Origin: Raillietiella orientalis
Lineage: Eukaryota
Assembly (NCBI GenBank): GCA_036172245.1
Contig: JAYWIR010000010.1
Coordinates: 1,426,001 to 1,490,000, forward strand
DNA length: 64,000 bases
Reading direction: 5' to 3'
Positions within the stretch are counted from its first letter, which is position 1; the number at the start of each line of letters is the position of its first letter. Below the pieces are notes generated by a model. The model had not been told where the DNA came from and did not search any database. It saw only the letters and a list, made by a program, of their open reading frames with translations. Of the stretch, positions 50,536 to 61,172 are shown piece after piece. The position numbers and the translations under genes are program-made.

Positions 50536-51861
50536 ATGAGATATTTTGAAAATCGCATGCCAGACTTTTCTGGTCAACAGAATGAATGGAATATGGCTAC
50601 AGAGAAAGCAAAAATTAGAGATCTTGTCACAACAATTCAGAATAAACAAGAACTATCACAAAGTGCATGTGAAGGTGGATTATATGCAGGACTAGGAGGC
50701 ATTGCTTACATGTTCTTGAGACTTGCCCAGTCAAAATGTTTCCTTCCTGATAAGACTGAATTTCTGCGAGCAGGTGACAAGTATTTACAAGCAGCACTTC
50801 TTTATGCTCAGTCAAAGAAAGCAATGTCTGAGCCATGCCATGCATCAGCATTTCTCCTGGGCCGAGCAGGAATTTTGGCTGTTGCTGCTGTTTATGCACA
50901 TGAAAAAGGTACATAATGTTGGAAACAGTGCCTCCATCATAATTGCTTTAGCACGTGAAGAAGAAGAGAAAAAGTTTTTGCAAGAATACATTGATGCTGG
51001 AGCAGCCTGTATTCCTGTGGGATACTTATCATTTGGAGGGGATGAACTATTAGTAGGAAGAGCTGGCTATCTCTGTGGAGGCATCTGGCTGCAGAGCATG
51101 CTGGGTCCTTGTCCAGCTCTTCAGAAACAGATGTATGCAGTAGCTAGTTCGATGTTTCAGTCAGGAAGGCTCTATGCAACAAAACACAATTCTCGTATTC
51201 CTCTGATGTATGCATATCATTGTGTAGAGTACTTTGGTGAGTTGAAAATTTTCTTTGATGTGATGATTGCAGTTTGTCTTTAGGAGCAGCTCATGGCCTT
51301 AGCTCCATACTGCAGATGTTCCTGGAGCTACCTCAATGGTTACGGGAACAAGCTGGTGTTGACTCCATGTTGAAAGAGTGTGTGAATCATCTGCTCTTGC
51401 TCCAAGATGCAGAAGGGAATTTCCCTGTAACAACTGCAGATCTCCTGGAACCCCAGTGTGAAAATCAGCTAGTTCACTGGTGTCATGGAGCTCCAGGTAT
51501 CATCTACCTATTAGCACGTGCATACTTGAAATGGGGTGAGAAACAACTCCTGGATGCTTGCATGAAGATAGGTGACCTGATCTGGAAAAAAGGTTTACTA
51601 AAGAAAGGCCCAGGAATTTGTCACGGAGTAGCTGGAAATGGTTATGTCTTCTTGTTGTTGTATCGTCTGACCAGAGACCCAATGCACCTATTCCGTGCTC
51701 AACAGTTTGCACGCTTTCTTTTTACTGAGGAGTTTCAAAAAGCACGTACTCCTGATAGCCCATATAGCCTGTATGAAGGACTAGCTGGCACAGTGTGTTT
51801 TTTGGTTGATTTACTTCAGCCACATGTTGCCCATTTTCCCTTTTTTGATGTGCTTCCCTGA
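50536..51861 (+). CDS. LANCL3: LanC-like protein (LANCL3-like)
   Basis: Exons 50536-50908, 50952-51236, 51284-51861 (introns 43 and 47 nt). Motifs MRYFENR, GGLYAGLGGIAYM, DELLVGRAGYLCG, YFGAAHG, HWCHGAPG, KGPGICHGVAGNGY, PDSPYSLYEG. Zn-binding Cys/Cys/His intact. A probable non-coding first exon ends near 49915 (ccg|gtgagc). Confidence 0.93.
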
Positions 51862-51865
51862 ATAT

Positions 51866-52809
51866 TTATTCTCGTTTCACATACACTTCAATTTGCTTAT
51901 CAGGATGTGCATCTGATAACTGATGTTGGGAAGGAATTGCTTTTATAGGAGGCAAATGGCAGGAATCTTTGCGTTTTACAAAATGCTCCTTTCTGTGAAT
52001 TTTGTCCAAACGCAACTTCTCCTTATCCACCCATGATGCTTCCTCAGGACATGAGTTAGGTACTGATTTGTTGGAGAGAACTGGATTTTGCATCAATAAA
52101 TACTCCAAAAAGACTCCTAATTTAGTGAGTCCTTTTGATGGCATTACATTTATAACATTCTCCACATTCTGCTGAAGCAAACTGGTGGGTAGGGCCAACA
52201 GGCCCCAGCGTGAACGAGAGGCAAATTTTCCATTTTCATTCTGATTATCAACAGTAACAAAGGTTTTGGTTTCTTGGTGCTGTGATTCACTATTACCATC
52301 GTTAGCCTCTGTCTACTGTGTGAATGAGGAACCCTTTGCTCATATGATTCAATTATGTTACCTGGGTGCGTGCATTGCGCCATCGCATTCTTTTGTTTGC
52401 TGGCTGTATACGTGTTTCCCAATGGTCTTCTTTCCTGGCCCTTCTGAAAATGAGTGCATCCAGCCTATCAGGGAGTGTGGTTCTAACACACTGGGATCAA
52501 ATGCAGCACACCTACTCCTGTCTGACCTCAGAAAGCTGCTGGTCTTTTCTGGCTATCTCACGCTTAGCAGTGTGATAAAGAGAAAAGATATTGTTACGTA
52601 GGTTTTCATTTTCTGAGGCTAACTTAGCATAGTTGTCTTCTTCCTACAGAACCAAGATACATTTGTTACATTTAACACTTGCAATATCCAACCTGTGGAG
52701 TGATATTCTTATCTTCTCTACTTTTATCACAAGGTTTTTTTACAACTTGTTTCTGATCTTCTAAGATGAGCATCTCATCATAAATGTCAAAATCATTGTT
52801 GTCATTCAT
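51866..52809 (-). CDS. CASP8AP2: Compact FLASH / CASP8AP2 homologue (histone pre-mRNA 3'-end processing factor N-terminal module)
   Basis: Exons (minus) 52809-52693 (MNDNNDFDIYDEML...), 52643-52516 (ENENLRNNIFSLYHTAKREIARKDQQLSEVRQ), 52464-52362 (ELDALIFRR), 52312-51866. FDIY corresponds to the LDLY motif and NIxxLxxTAxxEIxRKD to the Lsm11-binding coiled coil. A possible upstream ATG|gtaagt exon at 53450-53448 joined to 52830 would add 8 aa. About 264-272 aa. Confidence 0.8.
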
Positions 52810-55800
52810 CTTAAAAAAGGATGAGTAATTCTATGGATTTCAGTTTTCTGTATATGTCTAATAACAATTTATTCAGACATTAATTCGTGTCCATTTGATA
52901 TACAAATTTTAAAAGTTCTAAACTTATAGCAACTACAAACCAACAGACAGTACAAATGTGGAGAGACAATGCACTATTCCTTACAGTGCCTCAATGATCC
53001 TTATCAGACAACATTTAGATAAAAACTGCAAAAACCTAAATGTTTAATTACTTTTTAATTTCTATTTCATTAACTTATTATTATTACTGATACCAAGGTC
53101 AGTTGCTTAATGATGGAAATTTACTTTAAACTCATGGGCACGTCTTCGAACATTTTGTATATGTGAAATGTAAATGCAGCAAACTAGCCGAAATAAATTA
53201 CTGTGAACTGAATCGATTCTATATTACTGGGCACACAGTTCACATACGCCCTGCTCTTCCCTATGGCTTAGGCACTTGTAAATTACAAAAAAAAATTTTT
53301 TCCCTTATAAACAACGTGCTCTTCTGGCTTCTTTATGGAATTCGACATTCGCAGACCTCAAAATTCTGTCTCTGTGAGTCCCGACTCCGGCCATCCAGAT
53401 TAACAGTATATGTTGATCATGCTTTCCCATAAATGCTTAGCACTTACCATAATCTCCAGGCTTTATTGTCTCCTTAGTTATTAGATTCAACTCTCGCGTT
53501 CACAAAACTACCGCATGACTTGAATTTTTTATTCCATCAAATTGGGCATTACGGGGCCACCGATGGATGAGCAGCCATCGTCGTCCTCCCCTTTCAACTT
53601 GGTGCAAGAGCGACCAACGCAGTTTCTGCACCAATTGATTTGGTGGTCGGAAAACAAAGATAGCAGGAATTTTCGCTAACCTAAATCGATAATCTTTCGT
53701 TTTACGTAACTGAATCTTTCCGATGTAATTCCGGTGCTTCTGGTATATCTGCTGGATTTATCACTGCCTTTTTTTGCCGTCCAAAGAAGTAAACTTCCTT
53801 GCAGCTTTGTGCCCGCTCACGAAATTCGTAGGTGTTTTTGATGCTTCCAGTGTGCAATAATAGTCCTTAGGTCATTTTCTCATTCATCAACTGAAAATTG
53901 GAAAACGTATTTACAATAAAGTTTCAGGCAGAGATAATCGTTTTTTTAAAATGTTGGAATTTTCTTCCACGCTGGAAATCCTAATGAAGTGACTAATTGT
54001 GACGATTTTACCAAATTAAGAATAGAATTGTGTCATAAAAACATTTGCTGAAAGATTGCTTGGAATCAATTCCATTTTTTGCTCCTACCTAAATATATTA
54101 TTTGAATAATAATAAATTATTTAATATATTAAATACTATTTTCAAGTAAGAGCAAAAGTGCAAAGTTTTTAAATTAAATTCGAAGTTTTTCAAGATCAAC
54201 TATCAATGTTGACATCAGATTCATAGAAATGAAAAGTAGACTTCTTTCCCATTATATAGCAAATAATATTCCATCGAGCTATACACAGCTTGATGACACA
54301 TTCATAGAAATGCGTTCGTTATCAAGCTATAAGAGCTTGCTGACAAACTCAGAGACCAACTCACTTTTTGCCTCGGGCTGGAGTTTTTAATCTAATCGGG
54401 TTTTTAACTCCCATGTGTCGTTTCCAATCCTTCAATATATGGATGTAATTGAAAATTTTATTTGAAATCAGATTGTAGGGATATATCGATTATAAGCAAT
54501 ACATTCGCTGTAGTCTCTTGTTTATGTGATGCTAATTAGAATCATCAATTGAGAATTAATTTTACTTCATTTAATTTAAAGTCAGAATCTGTTTTCTTTT
54601 TTTGCTTTTTTTTAAAGTGTGAATCTTAAAGCAGTTCCCATTCACGAGCGACTAAAGTAAACACATATGCTAATAATCAAAATCAAAATAACTAACGCAT
54701 TAGAGTGCTCCACAGTAGTATCATTAGAGAATTGAAAAAACGGCACCGAAATGAAATCCAAGATCACCAGAGGTAATTCACATTGTTTTTGGTTCTTCTG
54801 TTTCTTTTTGAAAGTATTCTTCGTAATAACTGCACATGTGTTAAACACGCCTAGATCTTCCCTCGAATAGAGAGGAGGAAAGGTTACGCGTAAATGAATA
54901 ATAAAATAGTGTAGTGGAATGACGTATTTTTACTTAATCTTCTGAAAAGCTTCCTCTAATATGAAAGTTCATTTTATTTCTGATTTATGAATTGCATTTC
55001 TTTATTGTAATTTCAATCATTTCAAAATGTAGTCGTCATTATCCACATTGGAAATATGTCCTGTTGCGTTTCCGAACACAATAGGGGATTTAAAAACACA
55101 AGATGTTGTAATTATCAGTTTAAGAGAATTTCAGTCTGGTGCACATTTGTTCATGAATTCATGAAATGTGAATAGTTTTCATTTTGCAATTCTTCTCGAG
55201 AAGTGAAACTTGAGTAGCTTTCTTTTTTTCCCCTGGGCTCACAGATTCCAGTTAATGAATCTTCCGGATCCTTAAACTTACTTCAAAAATGTTTCCTGCC
55301 CAAATTTTGCATCCGATTCATCAAGAACACAGTCGGGGATTCTAAAATTAGATCTGAGAGCTTCCGGTTTTCCCACGACGTTAATTTATCTCGAAGTTAC
55401 TACCAGTCTGATTACCTAACACACTCCGATGGTTACTTATTCGTTAATTTTGGTTAGGCATGTTTGTTTTCACACAGACAGCTTTGTTTTTCTGCTGCTG
55501 CAATGTGCCGAACACTCACAACACTTTGCATCATGATGGTCATCATCTGGCAGATGGTAAATTTTTCTTGCTCTCCCTTCTCAATGCAGTGTTTACCGGT
55601 GGCTGTGTGCATGCCTTCTGGGTGCCGAACACTGCATTTGAGTGTAGTTCGGTGTGTACGGTTGGTGTGCCTGCGTACGTCCGATGCGTCCGAGATCTGC
55701 AGATTGCTGAAGGGTGCAGTGTTTTCGGTTTTCGCAATAGGCAAGAAACCCATCGTTTCAGATGCCTACTTTGGGGAAGGCATTTGGAGTATGCTTATGC

Positions 55801-56281
55801 TAAATGGATGTATGGGAACGGAATAACATTCATCTGGTAAGATTTTTCTTCCGTAGACTAGCAGAAATTGTGTGCACTGTTTGAAACGTTCGGGGTGACT
55901 TGCGAAAGTTTTTTTCGTTTGGATGACAATCTTGAGAAGTAATTGGCTTCTTGTAATTATGTTCAACTAATATGGTAGCTGGGAGCGCATTGGATTTCTT
56001 TCTTTCCTTTTTTTTTTTTTTTTTTTCCTGTTCATTTGAGTACGTTAGACAGAAAATTTTTTGTTGAGCTTGTTATTTGCGAGTTCTTATGCTTGGTGAA
56101 TGTAAACTTAATTCGTCTTGAGCTAATCTACTCTCAAGAAAACACGTTATGTAGCAATAATTTACCCCGAAAACAGCCAGAGTATGAATCACGTTATCAT
56201 TGTTACTGATTTACTGTGTAACTTTTGTAGTGTTATTTTCCCATTTTAGACGGATACGTACAAATACGTATAAATATATAG

Positions 56282-56890
56282 ATGGCTGTATGGATGGAGC
56301 GTTTCAGGTGTAGAGAATGGCTGGAAGATGGAGAACACAGAAATCTGGTGGTAGTAGTGTTGTCTAGCATTTTAGTAAGTACCTTTCCATCATGCACTTG
56401 TTATTTTCGAAATAGTTTTTTATTGGATGGTGGCTAATCATTGATGTGGCTGCGTGTTATCCCAGTGGAAAGGAATTTCATCCTGCCTATTACATCTGTG
56501 GTGTCATGGGCACTTTGGCTTTCATAATGTAATTTCTTTTTTGTAGTTTTGACTTTCACAGTTTTGCATCCAGGGTTAACATGGTATCCCAAGAGAGCTT
56601 ATCAGCTAGCAGCTACTCCGCTGGTTGCTTGGGTCCACATGGTAACAAGATATGGCTCTTTGTTGGATTTGTGCTAGCTTTTTGCTCCATCATTGCTTCT
56701 TGTTGGATTTTGTTTGGTGCATATCTTATACCAGGTTTGATGAGTTTTACTGTAAAGTACCATAAAAGATTTGAAAATTATAGGTGTTCAGCCACAGTGG
56801 CCAGGATTAGCAGTGTTTTTCCATAGTCTGCTTATTTTCATCGCCGCACTGATGTACAAGTTTGGAAGGAGAGAAGACTTGTGGGCATGA
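56282..56890 (+). CDS. TMEM50: Transmembrane protein 50 (TMEM50A/B, UPF0220/Vps68 family)
   Basis: Exons 56282-56374, 56416-56528, 56574-56734, 56784-56890. Motifs [55 protein letters not shown] and [10 protein letters not shown] match TMEM50. Confidence 0.95.
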
Positions 56891-57863
56891 GCCCTGCTTG
56901 TTGACGCATAGACTGAAGCCATTGTCGATGTTCCCGGATTCGATCTGCCACAGATGGCTCACATGGTCCGCCTACATTGGTGCTGCGACCTTGTCCCCAA
57001 CTGCTGCAAATACCTGATGTGCAGCTTTCCTCATAGGGAGAGTGACAACAGGAAGCAGAGTGCTCCCAATTGGGACTGTGGACTGTGGGGGGGACAACTG
57101 AGGGCAACTGCTGTATAATAGAGTAAGATTTCATTTGCAACATTAGACTCACTGGATGTAGTGAAAGCTTGATTACACCATCCTCTCCTGTGCTGGAGGA
57201 ATCACTAGAGCGTCGTTGTAATTCTGCTAGTGCATCTCCAGAGAGCATTTCCACCAAAGATGGTCCTCCAAGTCCAAGAAGTTTATCTCTGATAACAGCT
57301 ACCCTTTTTTTCAGCTGATGATATTTTTGCTGCCAAGAAAGCTTTTCCTGCTCGAGTTGGTGCAATCTGTCATACAATGTGTCAGTTTCAAAACATTTGT
57401 TACATTGTGCAACATTGTAAGAATCAAGTTTTTGTGGTTTTTTCTTCTTGGAAGTCTGTTGCACATCTTGATCTTGTTTCTGGGTAGACTGGTAAGTTCC
57501 CAGGACAAGAGTAGTAACATAGAATTCTAAAGGATGCTGCCAGGTGGACTGACGAGTTTTGAAATTGAAATAGAAGATCTGTTTTGTTTGTGGATCCCAA
57601 CTATTGTTTCATGCTATCAATGTAGAACCTATTTTTCCTACATACATACCAGGCTTTCCAAAAGGGAGGTAGTTTTTGTTCCAAACAGTGCTGAAAAATT
57701 TTCTGAAGGTTAGGATGGGTTTTCAAGTTTATACCCAGTTGTGCTGCAAATTTCTTGACAGCTACAAAGGAAGGTGAAAAACTCAATCAATCTTTCATCA
57801 TTTACCTTTGGAATTTACATTTTGGTCATCCTCTTCCAAAATCAAATAACTATTTGTTTCCAT
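56838..57863 (-). CDS. CEP164: Compact CEP164-like protein (N-terminal WW module plus short coiled coil)
   Basis: Exons (minus) 57863-57806 ([13 protein letters not shown]), 57761-57650 ([11 protein letters not shown]...KLPPFWKA), 57600-56838 ([24 protein letters not shown]...; probable 42-nt intron 57152-57111). LxLEED / FAxxxGI / LPxxWKxC / IxYFNFxxxQSxWxHP is the CEP164 N-terminal pattern. About 296-310 aa. Confidence 0.8.
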
Positions 57864-60800
57864 TATCCAGCAGTTTTCCTGCAGGATAAAATTGAACTAG
57901 TGTTGAGTCAGAACATATACACGCAAAATTGCAGTTGAGATATAGTGCTAAATGTGTACTACCCATCAAAATAAAATACAAGCAAAAGAAAAAAAAAAAA
58001 CTTTATTTTTTGGCAGTGCAACATAATAGGCAAACTTTGTGTGCAACATGGCAGCATCTATTACTTGTACATCTTATCATGCAAAACATTACGATTAATC
58101 CCTGCTTAACAGGATTGTTTCCTGAAAAGGGCATAGGACTGAAACAAAAAAGCATGCACTTGCAAATATAAAGAGTTGCGATATTTGAACATTGTTCACA
58201 TTAATGAAACTGGAACAGCAATACTTTAAGATGCAAACAGCAGATTTAAACTTAAAAGTCCGGTCTGCTAGTTTGCAAAAATTAGTGCAAATTAATTGTT
58301 GGTTTCTGGTATATACGACAAAATGATCTATTTCGGTTAAGTGCGTAGTGGGCAGATGAGAGCAAATTATCATGGCAAGATAACTGAATAGTAACCATAC
58401 AAATACATAAAAGAAGTTTCATTTTACTTAGTGATTACATGGGTATCCCAATTGCATGCTTTGCGATCTACTGTTACTGGAATTTAAACAAATTATTTTT
58501 CAATCACTAACGACCTTTCTGGGACTAGTAGTGGAAAACGCTCGCTCACGACATAACTTTACATACTCTTGTCTTCATTTCTAATAACACATAACAACAT
58601 GCTACTTTTAATACGTGGCATATCTAACGCTAATCCTTATTTTAGTAATAGTATATGACTTAAGTTATATTTCTTTAAATTATATTAATTCTCCTAATAT
58701 GCATGGAGATATAGTGCCACGAAAACTTGAGTCTTCGCTAAAGGATAATGTTTAGCAAATGAATTTTTTTTTTTTTTTAGGAAGACATAAATCTACCAGC
58801 AAAACATATTACATATTCCTTATACTGTTCTAACACACACAACACGTTTGCTGACTTTACGTACACCCTGCATACTACCCTACAAAATAAACACTAACAC
58901 AATACTTTCAGGGTTATCAAATGTGTTAGGCGTATGAGCCAAATCGGAGTGAAGGGTACTGGTTATAGTCTGTTTTGAACTACTGGCTAAAATTAAATAA
59001 TTAATAATACTAAATAGGCCTTCAAGTATCATTCGCTAATCTGAGAGCTTGACTGCGCAACGAGCTTTGTCGTTCAGTGCAAGGAGAATAGCAGTCATAA
59101 TTAAACAAATAGAAAAAGACATTTTTGTTTTTGTCTGCAGCAGCAGAAATCAGGTGATCCCAATATCGCTGAATGTATTTATTTATCCTTGAAGATATGA
59201 TGGTTGTCTCACTTCTAATAAAAGCAAAAGCAATAAATTAAGTACTTTCTTCATGAACTGCTTTTTTTTTTTTTTTTTTTCGAATGAAAAAGGCTCAATT
59301 TTAGATCTAGTTGTATTTCACGATACAGATTTCAAGCACTGTTCCTGAAATATTTTTTTCGTGAATACATTTGAACCAGACAATAAAAACATTCCGTTTC
59401 TTGTTTATTGTATAAATCTATTCAGCAGCAAAAACTTTTGGATTCATTTTCCAAAATAGAGTGAGCAGGCCAAACAAATGATCTCCTTTACTAGAAAATG
59501 CACATTAGGAAGAGATCACAACTGAAAGGTAATTCACATATTCTTAAGTTTAAGCTTTCTGTAAGTGATCAGGTTTTGAAAAGCTCTGTACATCACATGA
59601 AATTCCGTCTGTGTTTCATTTTTACAGAAGTTCCATACTAACTATGATGATTTGGAGTATGGACTTTGCTTTCATCATTCAGATTGCACACTCTTTTTCT
59701 TTGCTTGCCTCAGCACAGACGAAAGCTGGATTTAACATCTCATTACATACAAATACAGGATGGTCAATGTTTTCTGAACAAAAGCAAACTGCTAATGTAA
59801 ACAGGACACTTGGACTTCCAATATTTGTAAAGCAACACATGAAGTTCGCGTAGTAGGCAAAATGACCATAACCTACCTTGAAGAAACTTTGAAATAATTT
59901 CTCATAAAAGCATTATTTCAAAGCAGAAAGGTTTAAATATAATAGACAGGTTAATTGGAAATATTTTCCATAACTGTATGCAACAAAAATAAAATTCTTA
60001 AAAATTTCTTCCCCCAAAAAACTTCTCTCCAAGAGAGTAAACTAATTTTCGAAATTGCAAGTAACAAAAAACAAGCACTCGTGTTCTTAAATGAGAACAT
60101 TATGATCAAAGCCACGAAAGATGATGATTCCGAAACTTCTAGACAAAAACATCCGATCTCCAAAATGTTTCATATTTCATCAGAAGAATACATCTTTCCG
60201 AACCCATTATATCCAAACCATAGAGATAGCTGAGTTTACCGATTTGTGCTACCCCTGCAGCTGCGGAATGCAATCCGTAATGCTGCAGCAGAAGCATCTA
60301 CATTCCAAACTGGTTTGTCCCACTGCCATTTTTGTTTTCCTACCCTAATAAGCCATGAAGGAGTTTAGAAATAACAGGAATGAACAATAATCCAATTTCT
60401 TTTTTTTTTTTTTTTTTCAATAATTAGTTTAGGACTTTAGAAACTGGTTGCTCAACGGACGCATACGTAGAGATCAGCTCTCGTCGTTACTGACGCGAAA
60501 TATCTAAAGCAATGGAGTAAAGTTTTTCAAATCTCATCAATACTAGTTGGATGACTCGCAGCCTGGATCCAAAAGAATGGGGGGAAAAAATTGCTACAGA
60601 ATTCCAGCTGAAGAAACATTTACGGAAATCAACAAGGAGAGGACTGAGACCGTGATTCTCATGAGCTGGAGTGCTGAATGTTGTTGCTACATCCCAAAAC
60701 AAGATGTGATACGATACATTTTTCTACTGTTCCTCGAAACACACCCCAACTCAAAACAGTGATGGACCGCTCACATGAAAATGGAAATTGGGAACCTAAA

Positions 60801-61092
60801 GATTAGGAAACGAAGATGCCTACGTTTTCTCTTCGAGATGATGCTGTTGGAAGATCTGAGATTAAACAGACTGCAATGTGCTTGCATCGATCTCAATCTA
60901 AGGAAAAGAGCCAACTACACACAGTTCTCTTATTTTGGATCTGCATCAAGCTGTCAAAGGCCGTTTCCGTTTTACTTCATTTTTTAAACGATGTCGTTTC
61001 TAAAGCACTGCTTGCAGTATTCATAACAGCCTTTTACAGAAAAGGATTCATAGGAAGGCACCCAAAGATTCCTCAAGTTGAACTCACCAACT

Positions 61093-61172
61093 AATGCTTC
61101 CAATCTTGTTTCATTTCCTGTTTCCGATAAAGCATTCGTTTAAGCAGGAAATGAAACAAGAGTGGAAGCATT
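61093..61172. repeat. 31-bp inverted repeat with 18-nt spacer (hairpin)
   Basis: Arms 61093-61123 and 61142-61172; 29/31 Watson-Crick, plus one G-U pair on the + transcript. Confidence 0.9.

Noticed and set aside
50536..51861. LanC domain as evidence of a bacterial lanthipeptide cluster
   Set aside because: It has spliceosomal introns and eukaryotic LANCL3-type motifs, with no LanA, LanB or LanT neighbours.
55503..55836. Alternative spliced reading resembling a Beat-like Ig domain N-terminus (...FRCLLWGRHLEYAYAKW...)
   Set aside because: No downstream exon with the second Ig cysteine motif was found, and the resemblance is weak.
58430..58920. AT-rich stretch resembling a mitochondrial insertion
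   Set aside because: No recognisable mitochondrial protein, tRNA or rRNA motif under the invertebrate mitochondrial code.
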